Shown here in pieces: positions 24,247-43,200 of a stretch of DNA of 64,000 nucleotides; the stretch's first letter is position 1; each line of letters opens with the position of its first letter. The translations under genes and the position numbers were made by a program. The notes under the pieces were generated by a model that made no database searches, was not told the DNA's origin, and was given only the letters and a program-made list of their open reading frames with translations. This stretch comes from Klebsormidium nitens (taxonomy: Eukaryota > Plantae > Klebsormidiophyceae), in assembly GCA_000708835.1 (NCBI GenBank), contig DF237001.1, positions 205,790 through 269,789 on the forward strand, written 5' to 3'.

Positions 24247-27226
24247 ATGCTGGCGCTGGAGGCTGTGAGCGACACGTTAGCTAGGCTCCATCCCGTGAGC
24301 ATCCCCCCCAGTCCGCTGGACCCGAATGGTTGCCTCCAGAAGCTGCAGCGGATCGATACCCCGCGGGGGGTGCTAGAGGGTGCGGTGCGCCAGCAGAGCT
24401 CCGTCACAGAGCACACGTTGGAGGGGGGGGGAGAGGTGAATGAGGGCGCGTCGGCGCAGAGCCCACTGGTGATGGAGAAAGGGGGAAATGGGCAGCAGGG
24501 GGAGGGCGTGGGCCAGGAAAACCGCCCCCCCCCCGGACAGGAGATGACGCCCGAGCAGATTGAGACCCTGCGCCGACAGGTGGCGGTGTATTGCGGGATA
24601 TGCGACAACTTGATGGCCTTGCACCGTGCGAAAATGAGCGGGACCCAAGGTGAGGCTGCATGATATGTTACCAATTTTGAAGTCGACACGAGCTGGGTTG
24701 ATGAATTGACAGTCCTGTTTGAACAACCAAGTTGCAAGCTGTACCAAAGTGCAAGATCATTGTGCACATCTGCAACCTGGCCTTGCTTGCAGGTGCCAAG
24801 TCCCCTTCAGCATCTTTGTTGCAGGACTCAACATTTCACACTTGCCCCCCATTCGTTGGCATTTCTCTATCTGCAGAAAAAGTTCAACCTCCTTAGAGCT
24901 AGTGGTGTTCTTTGCAGCATCGCCATAGGCTTGTTATGTCCTCCTAGTGCCCTCTTTTGGTGAAGAGCCCTCTCACGGATTTTCAGTCTACACTTCCCTT
25001 CCTGCCCTGCTCAGCAAACTGTGTCTAACCCACATATCCAATTCGGCAGGGCCCCTACAAGGGATGGATGCCTACTACCAGGACGCATCCGCGATGATCA
25101 ACCGGGGGGGAAAGCACCGGTGGGCCCCCGCAGAGGCGCAGAAAGCGGCGCTGGACCGAGTGTTTCAGGAGCTGGGGGGGGGCACCCCGAGCAAGGCGCG
25201 CATCAAGGAACTAGTAACGGAGCTGGGTCGGCACGGGCCAGTGACGGAGTCTAACGTGTACAACTGGTTCCAGAACAAGAAGGCGCGCAGCAAGCGCAAG
25301 GTGGCGGCCACCGAGGCGGAGAGCGGGATCGACGACCGGAACCCCAAGCGGACGCGAGAGGACGGGGCGCACTCGAGCGGCAGCCTCAACATCACGTCGT
25401 CCTTCGATGTTGACCGCATGAGCGAGGGGGGGGTTGTGTCGTCTGGGTTTGAGCAGCGCCCCGCGCCTGCGCAGCAGCTTCAGGTGGGGGGCTTGCGTCT
25501 GCTGCTTTGCCCTTTTCTCTTCCCCTCTTTCTTCGTTGTCCCTTTTCCCTGTCCTTTTCTTGCCCCACTTCCATTTCGTCTGCTGCAGCTGCTGGTAAGT
25601 GAGATCTGACCCAAAGACGATCTCTATGTTGTCCTTCCGTATCCAAGCCTGATGAACCACGCTTTTTCCCCAGATCTGCTCTGCGACGTCTTTGTTCTTC
25701 TTTGTCAAAGGAGTCCTTTACTGCAGAGCAATAAGGCTGGCTCCTGGGGGTAAATGAGCCCCTGCCAAAGGCCAATTGACATGTTCCGTTACCTATTGAG
25801 ATGTTCTTTGACCACGTCATTCTAAGTTTGCCTCTAAAAAGAATGCGCGGTGTGCTTCTCTTTGGATCACGTCTAATCGTTTAGATGGAAGTTCTGTGGG
25901 CACCCCAGATCCAAGCTTTTTATTCGAGTCTGAGCCAACTTCTCAAGTTGTGTTGCTTGGTCACATCAAGGGCTTTTCTGCAACTCCACTGTATGCCTGT
26001 TCACACCAACTCCTCCAACCAACTCCTCAGAAGTTACATTCTTGATTTCAAATCGTCATATAGTTCTGCTTTTACAGTTGACATTTGGCCGCCCGCCTTA
26101 CGGCCTTTCTTCCCCCTCGTGCAGACCCCATTGGGCTGGCGCAGCGGTGCCCTTGCTCACGACATCCCTGCCCCCCGCACGCAGCTCTTTGCCGACTCCA
26201 GCATCCAAGACGCGGCAGCCATGCTCCTTTACGCCGCAGCGGAGAACGCTGGCCAGGGGGGGGGTAGTGCAGCGCAAAGCCTGGCCAACACGCTGGGCCT
26301 GCTGGGGGCTGCGCAGGATGGGGCGTCCTTCTTCCAGGGGGGTCAGGGCGGCAGCAACATGGGGGGGGGGCTGGACCTGCCTTATGGCGCACTCACAGGG
26401 GAGAGCGCGTACAGCCAGCCGCAGGGTGAGGGGAGCAAAACATGGAAGCCCACGGGTGTCGATGCTCGGTGCCTAAGTGCGGCGAAAGCTGCACTGTACA
26501 GCCCAAGATTTAACAAGTTGCGCACTCTGATTTGAGGATCGATTCTAGCTTTGACTTGCTGACTTGATCTATCACCTTAGCTCGGATGGTGCAGCTTGCG
26601 GAACTTCTGAACGAGACACCCTCTTTCCGTGCTTCCACGAATAAGGGAGTGCTACTACAGTCACTTTCTATCAGAATCAAAGAGAGTTGAGAGTTGTTCA
26701 CCTCCGCCTGCAGCAAAGCCGTCGTTCAAGGCTGCCACGAGATTGTTTTAGAAAACGTTTTGCCCACTTTGATCAAAATGTCTGACCAACTGTTCTGGAG
26801 CGTCAAACTTTAGCCATTGGCCGTTGCAGCCAAGCCGACAGGGATAATCGGCCTGCCTCCAAGAGCAGTAGGAGTGCTTTTTCCCGGATCTAATCTTTTG
26901 TTGACGTTTGACCTGCAGCAGAGACGTCGTTGAAGGTGATGATCAACGGGCGGCCGTACGACGTCCCTGCGGGCCCGCTGGACGTGCGCGCCAGCTTCGG
27001 GGAGGGCATGGTGCTGTACGACTCGCGCGGGGTGCAGGTGCTCACGGACAACCTGGGGGTCACCTTCGACGCGCTGCACAACGGGGAGTCGTACTACCTG
27101 CAGAGGTCAGCCGCTTTTTCACTGGTGCCGTGCTCGGATACGCTGTGCTGGCAAGCATGCGCGCATCTCCATTGTGTAGCTTCAATCGCCGCGAAAGTTG
27201 CATACGTGTTCGTGGGGTCTTTTTGA
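24247..27226 (+). CDS. WOX: WUSCHEL-related homeobox (WOX13/T1-type homeodomain) with a WOX9/11-type C-terminal domain
   Basis: Exons ~24247-24649, 25050-25483, 26125-26425, 26922-~27104/27226, with consistent splice phases. Contains MTPEQIETLRRQVAVYCGICDNLMALH (WOX13 N-terminal motif), homeodomain HRWAP..GTPSKARIKELVTELGRHGPVTESNVYNWFQNKKARSKRK (25112-25300), and VMINGRPYDV..LHNGESYYL. Start codon and last boundary are uncertain. Confidence 0.93.
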
Positions 27227-28299
27227 AGGGTACGGTCGGTCTGAGTTTCTTCTATATTTAGTTGGTCGTTGCTATTCCTGCGACCGCGTTTGTGGTCTGG
27301 TTAGGCAGGTGGCGCTTCCGCCAGATGTCTCTTTCCAAATGATGTAACTGCATGACTTCTCTGCTTGCAATGGTCTCAGATCATTCGTCTTCCTTCTGTG
27401 AGCAATCTTCGGGGGACGCACCTGATACTCAAAAGACGAGCTATCGTGATGTTGCATCAGACCGTGACGGATTGTTCTGCGCTCGTTCCGCTGACCCGAC
27501 GCTGGCCTGTGTGCGTGCAGCGAGCTCCAACCCGGGTTGGGCCTGGATCACGACCGGCTGGGCAGAGCGGTAAGGAACATCGCGCTCGCTCCCGGTCTCC
27601 CCTCTACGATTTGGCCCGTTACCCGCTTGCACCTTCGCACGGAGCTTGCTAGTCTGTGACTCAGGGGCTTCGGTCCAGCGCAAGTGGTTTTTGGCCTTCG
27701 CTTCGTGCGGTCGCCTGCTCAACCTAGGGTGCACCCACGGGCAGTCGCAGGTCACGTCTTTAAAGATGAGGCTCCTCAGTTGGGGGCCCCATCGTACGGT
27801 TGACGGCTTAGCACAAGAAGTTCCTTCGACCGTGATAAAGGTTTCATTCGCAATTTCTGCCTGCGGCGTGACTCGTTCATTCTGTGCCTGATCGACTCTC
27901 TGTGCTGCGTGCAGCTGTTCCCGTAGCTGCGCTCCACGTCCATCGCTGACACCGCTAACCCCACAGAGCCGAGCTAACCCCCGCGCCAGGCGGGCAGTCC
28001 TGCGCGTGTACAAGCTGTTGCAGATGGTAGGCCGCAGAACGGGGCGCCTGACCCCGCTAGACCCGCACCAGATAGGCCAAGCTTTCCCTTCGAGCATCAG
28101 ACGCAGTCAAAGGGGCAGCCTGTTGTAATATCATGCTACTCGGCTGAGAGTTGTGCCACTATTTTGGGCGTTCTTCCGCATGCTTGCTCGGCCGACACCG
28201 TGACGACTCCGAAACAATAAAGTGGGCGCAACTCCCGCCCGTATGTCCGACTGGCAAACAAGTGTATTAAGTAGGACGTCAGCGAAAACGGCTTGATGG

Positions 28300-29760
28300 G
28301 AGGACTGCCGGCGCCAATAATCGTTGGAAGCTGCAGCTAGTTCGACATTCATAGACAGTTCATAGATTAAACTTGATTGAGTAGCTAGGTCGACTTCGTC
28401 CTCTTTTTGCCTAGCTTAAGTTATGGTCCTTCTGCAACATTGACCATCTTGGTGGATTGCCAGATGAGTTGTCTTGCCTTGAAACCACTTCGAGCAGTTC
28501 CGTAATTCAATATGGTGCATTCCGACCCATGCTGCCCCGGCGTAAGTTTGCGACCAGTATGACGATTTTTATAGCTAGAGGACACCTGAAGCTTATCAAG
28601 GGGCAAGCTAGCTTGCATCGCTATGCAGCGTCGAATCAGCTCGATCAGCTGGGCGACGGCTCATACATAAGATCATGTCGGCGCGGCCTATTGAACCGAG
28701 GCTGGCCGGGCTTCCTCCCAAGTTCACAAATTCAACGTACGATCATAAGCCCGGCTATACAATTAAGACTAAGAATTGCAGACCGTACCATACGTTCGCA
28801 CCGCCGCGCATGCTCAATCATATGTATGGGCCATTATTGCGGCCGCGCGGCGCTGATCGACTTATAGCTTATGAGCTGGCATGACCATAGGTATGCGTGC
28901 GCGTGACCGGCTCGGCGAGCTATCAGACTGCATGAATGCTAGCCTGGTATATATGTCCCCGCGGCCAAAGCTAGTGCATCATATGCATAGCTCGGCCGCG
29001 CCCCGGCTAGCTAGCTGCGGCCGCGACGCGCCTGCATGAGTCCACTGCCGCGCGCGGCCCAGAAGCCTGAGCTGAACATGCATATCGCGGGGCGGCAGCG
29101 AGTTAGGGCACTAGCTATAGATATGCAATTCACTTACTCCGACAGTTACGTTGCCGGCCGGGCCAACCCTGGTCACTGCGCATGGCGGCATGGTCACTCT
29201 GGCATGCCGCGCAATTAAATGCAACTAGGTTACTTGCACGCCATCGGACTTGCCCGCCCGCAAATGAAAACCTAGAAAAGAGATCCTATGATTTGCAAGA
29301 CATGCGCATGGAATACGCATCAGTTCTATATAATCTCAGATATACGAGTATTGGTATCCAGCCTTGTCACATTTACCGTGTGTGGGCACTGCGAGCTAGG
29401 CTCGAAGTCTGTGTACGTGTAATGATGTGCTAGCTTAGCCGCCGCTAACGGCCTTTGCTAAGTCTATCTCTTGACTAGTGAAGGTCGAGAGGTTCTGTAT
29501 ATAAAAATTGCATGATGATGCACGCGCTGATGCTTGGCCACGTACCAAAACACGTTGTGTCGCCATCCATCAGACTGTGTGCATTGCCAGATCCAAGGGC
29601 TAGCAGATCAATGTTCTCGCCTATGTTGTGCTGGCAGACAGACCGTACGGGACGTACGAACCTGCCACCTCCGTCTAAAACCTAGCGGAGTTTAGACCGC
29701 TCACCTTGCATCAAGAAGTCTGCAAAGACCGCGTGCGACTATATGTATAACGTGCAACAA
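28300..29760. other. Intergenic palindrome-rich island between convergent WOX and G-patch genes
   Basis: Dense GCTAGC, ATGCAT, CATATG, GCGGCCGC (twice), GCTAGCTAGC, GATC and CATG; no credible ORF. Confidence 0.65.
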
Positions 29761-29879
29761 ACTTCTCATACCAGTGTACTCCGTCCATGCTGCTCCATAC
29801 CTTGTACTCCGCCCACGGGCTTCACAACGACGTGATACGTCTACCAGCTGGATCTTCCCCCCTGCCCACACGGCCGCTC

Positions 29880-35545
<5,666 letters not shown>

Positions 35546-36152
35546 CGCAAGTACCTCTGTGATTGCGAGTAATGATAACCTCTACCCACGATTGGTCCTG
35601 TAATGTTCTGGGTAAATTTGTTTGCCTAATACCTCCTCTTACCTGGAGGCTAAATACTGTAGCTCGAGGAATACACTTCAACAACTTGTTCTTTGAAACA
35701 AGGACGGACATGCAGCAGAAGAAATGCTATGCTCGTTCCAGCTCCTACGCCCTTGTCCTGGTCCAGGACCAATGCCTAACTCTTAAAGTTAAAGGTCCAC
35801 CAAAGCGATTACGGTATTATAATTATGGGCCATCCTCCATGGCAAGTCTTTTGAGTTTCTTATGCGTATTTTGTAGGTATAAAAGCGTACCGGGCACAAC
35901 TATGAATGCACCCGGCCACTAACTTTGCCACTGGGGAGAGAGGCTGCGTGGGTTCGTCCGAATCTCCGGTTCTCACCATCCTTAAGAGGACCCCCCCGAC
36001 CGAGCCTACCGGTACATTCGACAATGACCGGGGTGAAACTTCGGGGCGAAAGTGAGTGCAAAATCAACATGAGCGGTCTGAATTTTGAAAATGCCTTCGC
36101 CCCCAACCCAAGAATCTACCTACCTAAGGCTAGAGCTGGGCGTCTGTTGAAA

Positions 36153-36160
36153 TTAGGGTT
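36153..36160. promoter_or_regulatory. Telo-box (TTAGGGTT) upstream of the G-patch gene
   Basis: Motif seen about 600 bp upstream of the ATG at 35545; function inferred. Confidence 0.4.
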
Positions 36161-38399
36161 CTGTCAACTGGCGTCGCCCGGCATGGCGCTGCATTCGTCA
36201 GGATGTGTTTGAGCCGTTCCATTTGCAGACGAGTAGGCCACAGATGGGACTCTGCAAAATGATGCTGAAGTATGGAGGCCGATGGCAGCTCAATGACGGC
36301 TCAGTCACATCCTTATTGCACTGTCAAAACAGCGGCCTTTGGTGTGCGGAGGGCTAAGATGGCAGGAGACACAGACTCCGCATTGCAAATGACATCTTCA
36401 AAAAGGAAGGGCAAAGAACAGAGCTGAGGCTGCAGCTTGGCTGAACTGGTTCAGTGAGTTCCCCTGATGGAGGCTCGCAGCAGGCTCACGCTTGTTCAGC
36501 GGCGGCGCTACTTTGGCGCCTTCTTGTGGGCCCTGGTCCGACGGCAGGTCCAGCTCATCTTATCAGGAGAAGCGGCTAGCGGCATCCAGGTGCAGTTCTC
36601 CTGCCTGGTAGCACTTTCCAGGTGAGAAGAAGCTGCCCTGGCTGTTGTTGTATTGATGCAGAGACAGATTCACATATGACATTCACAATGCTGTTGGGGT
36701 CATGAGCGTAATCAATGAGGTTTGTCTGTGACAGTCTTTGGCCATTGCAAACGAAGCTGCAAACACCAAGCGATTGTTTTGTGGATCTTGGATCCCAACC
36801 GTCTAAAGCAACTCGGAAGCATACTTTGTTTGTTGCAAAAAGCTTGTGCCCTGGAAGCACGACATGTTACCCTGCTGATCCCGACAGGCAGTCTGCCTGA
36901 TCAGATTCCCACTGGCATGAGAAAGCGCCAGCTGTTAGCTTTTTGTGCTCGCCAAACTGTGCCAGACTGTTAAGCTCACGGAGCAACGACATATGGGTTG
37001 CCATCATGGGCGTTACTTGTGCGTGAACCCCTTTCTCTGGTGTCTGCAGTTTGTGCTATTTATGGCCTGCCGTGTACTACTTTCTCTACGTCCAGTGCCA
37101 CATGCGCACTCTGCTCTTTGGCGCTGTCACCATTTGCAGCCTCTTCTCTGACAGCCTCTGCCCAGCATCCCCAACATGGCGCTCCTTTGATCGCCTCTTC
37201 GCAACTTTAGCAGGTTAGCAGAACTTTGTGCTCCAAACAACCCTGATATCTGAACTGTTCTATGTCCCACTCTCACCCACACTTGGCTCAGAGTACTCAG
37301 CCTGATCAGCTTCTAATGAAAGTCTTGGATGCAGACTTCCTATATTCCGTATTTCATGAAGGCTCCTTAACTTTACACATGGGAAGATCTGGAGATCTGG
37401 CTCCCCTTTTTCTTACTTTGATAAGATTCGGCACTTCAAAGTCGAGCTTCTCAGATAGATTGCCATGTAAGGACAGGACTTCAGCATGTAACCCAACCTG
37501 TTGTCTCATTTCCGTGCAGCAATAGTTGGACCTGCCTGGAGTCTAGCATGGAGAGTAGTGTTTGGTCAAGCGTCCGTCCTCTTTCTTGCCCAAGCGCTTG
37601 TGTTGAACGGCGTGGCTTTATCGATCCTGTTTTGGAGCCGTAAGTCAAGATGCCAAGCGCACTATGTGTTGAGACATAGCTTGTGGCATGTTACAAGTGC
37701 ACTTGCAATCTGTGGGACCCTGATACGAGACTGACAGTTGATTTCGGTCAGGAGGGAATGGTTCTTTTCTAGACGATCATTAGGTGTAACAGTTGCTCCG
37801 TGCAGAATAATTTATTGGAAGGATCAAGGTGACACCACTACAATCGCAGTCTGTCAAAGGCGTAAGTGGCCCAAGCATCTAACGTGCTGAGAACTGAAAG
37901 AACAGGTTATGCGCAAGCAGCACATCAACTTGGCAACCGGTGCATTCAAAAGAGAAACGAACCTTGGGACTGACCGGCTATACACTGGCTCGGACGGCTG
38001 ACGTGTGGAAGGTATCGCGTACCAAATGTAAGTTGTGTTGCTTATCTTGTGAAGATTCAAGTGACGAGTCGGATGTTTCACCATGGAGTTTGTCGGCCAG
38101 CAGGAATTTCATGCAGTACAATCTGCTTAGATGCAGGTGCTGTACCAGGCTTTGAATTTGATGAAAGGAGTCAGAGACTCGGTGTAGAACTGAGTCGTGT
38201 CGGATCGACGAAACTACATTAGTCTTGACTATCAACAATTTAGTACCATGATTGCCTTCGGATGCATGAATCATACTTGTACCATCTGTCGAAGCTCCCT
38301 CCAACACAAATGCTGCAGGAAAAAACAAGAAGTGTTCATATACCTATAGCTCAGTGCGCTGCAGCCTGTCTGGCAGGCGTTGAATCATTCGGATATATA

Positions 38400-38960
38400 T
38401 ACCGCTTAAGTTCCGATCACATGCGCTGGAATGCAGCGATCGGCCCGGCCAAACAGGCTATAGCTGAGAGACGTCGATTGGATCAGTCGGCCGTGTATAA
38501 TGATGCTCTAAGGCCCCCGAGGCTGGCAGGCCCTGTCCGAGCAATGTTGACTCATATCTAGGGACGGTATCTGGCATGCAGGGGCGCCGTCCGCTGCGGC
38601 TAGCTAGGTACGTGCGCCAGCCCAATGCATGCATGCAAATTCATCCGTCATGCGTTGGCATCATCATGTGACGCGCGACCCGGCAGAGCCTGCTGACCAG
38701 TGACGACAACGGCCACTCAGCTGCTGGGCCATATAATCTGGCATGCATGGTCGATATCATTGCATATGGCGGCTAGAATGATAGCCCTCCAACGCATCCA
38801 ATTAATATGACGGTATGCGCATCTCGGAATCACTGGAACGTACTGAGATCTGACTCGAACTCGGTCGAGCTACTCGCGGCGCTGAGCCTTGCCTCCAAAA
38901 ACTCAAATCAAATTATTGTCGACGCAAGATAAGTCAATTGTTAGGAGATTCACTGTCCCA
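38400..38960. other. Intergenic palindrome-rich island
   Basis: GCTAGCTAGGTAC, ATGCATGCATGC, GCATGCATG, GATATC, GCATATG clustered; non-coding. Confidence 0.55.
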
Positions 38961-40239
38961 GCAATCGACCACTTTCCAACGAATTTAAAATTCAATCTAT
39001 GGACATACTTTATTGTCTTCTGACCGAACAGAATGTGGCCTTCTTGGAGTGTCCGGGAACACCAAGTTCTTAAAATCCTGAACGATTCATGAAACGGACG
39101 CCCTCAAAACTGGTCCCTTCGTCTAGCTGGTAGGCCCGTGCCGCCACAGATGAACATGGTTGCCTGCCCCCAAACAACCTGATCTTGCCACTATCGGACG
39201 ACTCATTCTCGCAATAGCCCCCTTCCATATTCCCTTCAAGTTCATAACTTTTACGGCATTCACCGAGTCAGCAACTCTCAGGATGCCCCTGATAATCTAG
39301 CAACTATAACGACTTTCCTCACACGTCACACCTACTTAGCTCCCCTCTGCGCAGAATCAGCTCAAGCGACAATCACCGGGTACACTCCACCCACTCCGCC
39401 GCAAAACCTTGAACGTAGCTTGAGCTCACTAGACAGGACTTGCAAGTGGCTGCTAATCAAGAGCACAAGACAAATTCTCTCCAATCCCCTGGCCAGACCC
39501 CCAAGAGAGTACTGTCAAGCGACTCAGGTTGCTTCACTGCTCGGTCCACTCTGTGCCTAACCAATCCGGAAGCTGTGCTCACAGTGCGGCACAATTAGTC
39601 ACCCTCGAATAGGTCCTGACTACCAAAGCGGATGCCAGAGTTCCTCTATCGCCGCTATGAAGCCCTCCAGAAGCATTGGCTACTAGTCCGCTCTAAAGGC
39701 TCCTCTCCAAGTCTATACTCTAGGAAAGCGTGTCTACGAAGGCAGGGGCATGTGCTGCCGCACAAAGAAGAGGGTCGTCCCCATGGCTCGAATCCAGTGA
39801 ACCCCACGGCCGAGGCCGGCCAGACAAAGGGAACCCCCTAGGACAGAGCCGGGGTCCCGTTGCTCCACGTCACGTGCTGGTCGGCTCCTCCTTCAAGGCT
39901 GGCGGAAGCATTCTCCGGGTCGACGCCCCGATGTCACCAAAACCGGGCAACAGCTTCGAAACTTCGAAGAAGTTTATGGTTCCCAAACCGTCTGTTGTTG
40001 TCTTTCACTACCCGCTCTGCGCTAGCCCAACGAAACGGGGCTTGAATCGCGCTGTCTTTGCACGAGGCACGACGAAAGGACCAAGGGCGTTGCTAATAAC
40101 CGCAACACACCGACGGGCACATCTAGCTAGACTCTACTCTATGTTCCTCTCGCCCTTCCCTCGACGGCCTCTTCCCAACCAGGAACGCTCAAAACCACCT
40201 CCTCCCACCCCCAATGCGAGCTCAGAAGTCAAAAGTAGT

Positions 40240-43200
40240 TCACTGCAGAGAGCTCACTGCTGCGGACCCACTGTCCGCATCAGAGCCCCCATCAGCTGAC
40301 GCGCTCTCATCCGACACGCCGGTGACATTCAACAGCTTCGCTACCTCCGAGACTGCCACGTGGCCTGCTCCACTGCCATTTTGCCCGCTGCTCGCCCCGT
40401 TCTGCTGCTCAAAATGGGCGTCCTCTGACGGCGCCGCAGCCACGCTGTCCACCGAGACTGGCGACTCCTCGGGCGAGTCGTCCGCGGCCGGCTCAGTCTC
40501 CTCTTGGATGGCGTGCACTTCCTGGGCCAGCCGGCTGCGCAGCTCCGCCGGCTTCACGGAATACGCCGTCGCCTCGTGCGGCAGCACCAGCTTGCGGTCG
40601 GGGGTGGCGGCCACGGGCGTGGCCAGGCTGTCCGGCGACCAGTTGAGCGCCTTGGTGGGCTCGGGAGTCGCCCCCACCGCTAACCCGACAGGAATAGCCA
40701 CCTCGGGGCTCTGCTGCCCGTACGTCCCTACCGAAAGGCTGTGGGACTCGACCGCTTTCGCATGGCCAGCTGTTTCTATTGTTGCACCGACTGCGTGCAT
40801 CAGGTCTGCAGCAGCTTTGCTCAAATCCACCTTCTCGTGCGCCATCCCCAAAGTTGCAGACGGCTGCTCCGCAGGAGGGGTAGTCGTTTCCAAAACCTCA
40901 GCTGACACAGGGACTTGCGCCTCGGTTTGCACCACTTCCGAAGACGGGTCCTCCCCAGGTGCTTTGCGGGCCAATTCCGTCTGAATGGTGCTTGCCTCGG
41001 GCAGACTCAGCTCTGCTCCGGGCAGCAGCGACAAGCAGCCAATGGGCCCCACCGTTTCCCCGTCCTCCCCCTCGCTTGCGTCCCCATCCTTATCTCTATT
41101 CTCAGCGGCCACCGCAGGCTTGACCCCCAGAGTATGCCCCTCAACCGCTGCCGCCCGCGTCGTTGCGCTCTTCTTGACAGGGCTCCAGACCTTCCTGTCC
41201 GGCTTGCCATCTTGCGGGAGGGAGTCCTTGGCGGGCGTGGCGGTGCGCGCGTGGATCATGATGTAGGGGTGGAACGTGAGGCGGCAGCTGCTTGGCAGCG
41301 CCTGCAGCAGGTCGCGCAGCTTGGGGTACCCCACCGCCTCGTGGTCCAGCTGGTACCCGAACCGGTTCGCATACAGGATCTTGATGCCCCTGCGCAGCAA
41401 GACACCCGGGCATTAAGATGAGGCTGAATACGACACTGCCTCAAGTAACCGTCTGCGCAGCAAGACACCCGGGCATCTTTCCTGACGGATTGGCAAACAA
41501 CAAGCAGATTGTCAAAAATCAGCAGAGCGTGACATGTTTCAAAATACCCCCGATTGCACCGAGTACGTCAACAGCAGCCCTCCATTAAAATAGCCCTCGA
41601 TTCAAACAGGCGTCACAGAACTGCACACAAGCCACGTCAGCAGAAAAGCGGCCCTTCCAAACAAAAAAAGTCGATCACCTGTAGCGCATCACCCTGGCAT
41701 AACCTGTGCGCCCCTCGACGGTTCAATCGAAAGCCAGTGTCACATTACTCACCCTGCATTGACACCGTCAGGGTACTTCGGCAACAGCTCCGCCAGCAGC
41801 TGTGCCATGTCGCGCTTCACCGTCTCCCGGTCCACTGCCGGCGCCGCTTTGGCGCCCTCTGCGGCGCCCTTGTCCACTTCTTTCGGGAAGAAGGTCGCCA
41901 CAGGGACACCGGGACTAGCAGACCGCACCGCGGCTGCTGTTGGGGGGGTAGAAAGGGCCTCCGTGGAAGCGCCCTTGGGGGGGGGTGTCCATCCGGGGGG
42001 GTACAGCACGTAGTCCGTGTTGGTGCCGTGGTACTGCGGAACGAAAGTGGGGGCGGAGGGTCAGTGGCTTACAAAAGAAGGACGTTGCTTGGGTCGAGTA
42101 CCAGTACGAGGGCAGACCTGTGATGCACAGTTGTTCTAAGCTGCTATGCACTCTTGAGCGAACACACATAACATCACCAATCACGCACTTGCAAGCTTAT
42201 CATCTGCACTGAAGATATGCAGCCAAAGCTTGTCCGCAGAGCCGCAAATGTGCAGATGCAGCTTGAGAGTGGCTTGCTCACGATGACGGTATGCAGGGTG
42301 CAGACGTCGGGCATGGCAGCCAGCATTTGGCTGAACTTGAGGAAGCCCGCCTCCTTCAGATCGGCCTCGCTGATGTCAATCCCTGCACGCATCAGGCTCA
42401 AAGCCTCAGAACCCACCAGGCTTAACGCCCTAAAAGACCGCACTTCCGCCTCAACAGACGACTGCAATTGAGGAGTCTAACGCTCAAACTACGCAAATAT
42501 GCAGCAAAGAACCGACTTCCAGCAGCGGCTTGAGCGCAATTGAACTCGAAGCAGCAACAGCGATCTTCACAGAGCTCCACACATCCGCAATCAGCAACCG
42601 GGATCTGCTGCTGCATGCCGATTGCGCTTTTGAGAGTTTGCTAGTCGCCGTTGCCCTCACCGGAAGCGTTCCTGAAGGTGCCCTTGAGCGCGGCGAGCTT
42701 GAAACCCTTGGCGCCGATCTGCTGCAAGAAGAGCGGGAGCCACTGGCGCAGCTTGACCAGCCACGGCGGGTACTCCTTCTTCTTGGCACCAGCAGCGGCA
42801 GCAGCAGTCGAAGAAGCGGCCTTGGCGGCCGAGGGGGACTTGAAGCTAGAAGGGGCCGCGTCCGAAGATCCACTGGAAGGAGAAGGAAGCACACCCTGCA
42901 AGTCAAACCCTTTTGTATCTTCAGAGTACAACTCGCAACCGGTCGAAACGGCCCACGGGATGCCGCTGACAGAGGTTGGAAATTAGGCAACGGGAGTATG
43001 CAACAGGCGCACCACGATATGACTGACCGACAATGAAGCAAAATAAGGCACGACGACGATTACTGGAAGAGGCGAACGAAGGAAAAACGGAGGGGCAATT
43101 GTAAGAAGAACCTGACTGCTTCCCAGCAGTAGCTGTATCCCCTTGCGCACTTCAGGGTAGGCTATCATTGCTTTGTCAACCAAGCAGTCGTGGTATGCCT

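Noticed and set aside
27441-28097. 218-aa minus-strand ORF downstream of WOX
   Set aside because: No domain similarity; starts on a non-ATG codon; weak coding bias.
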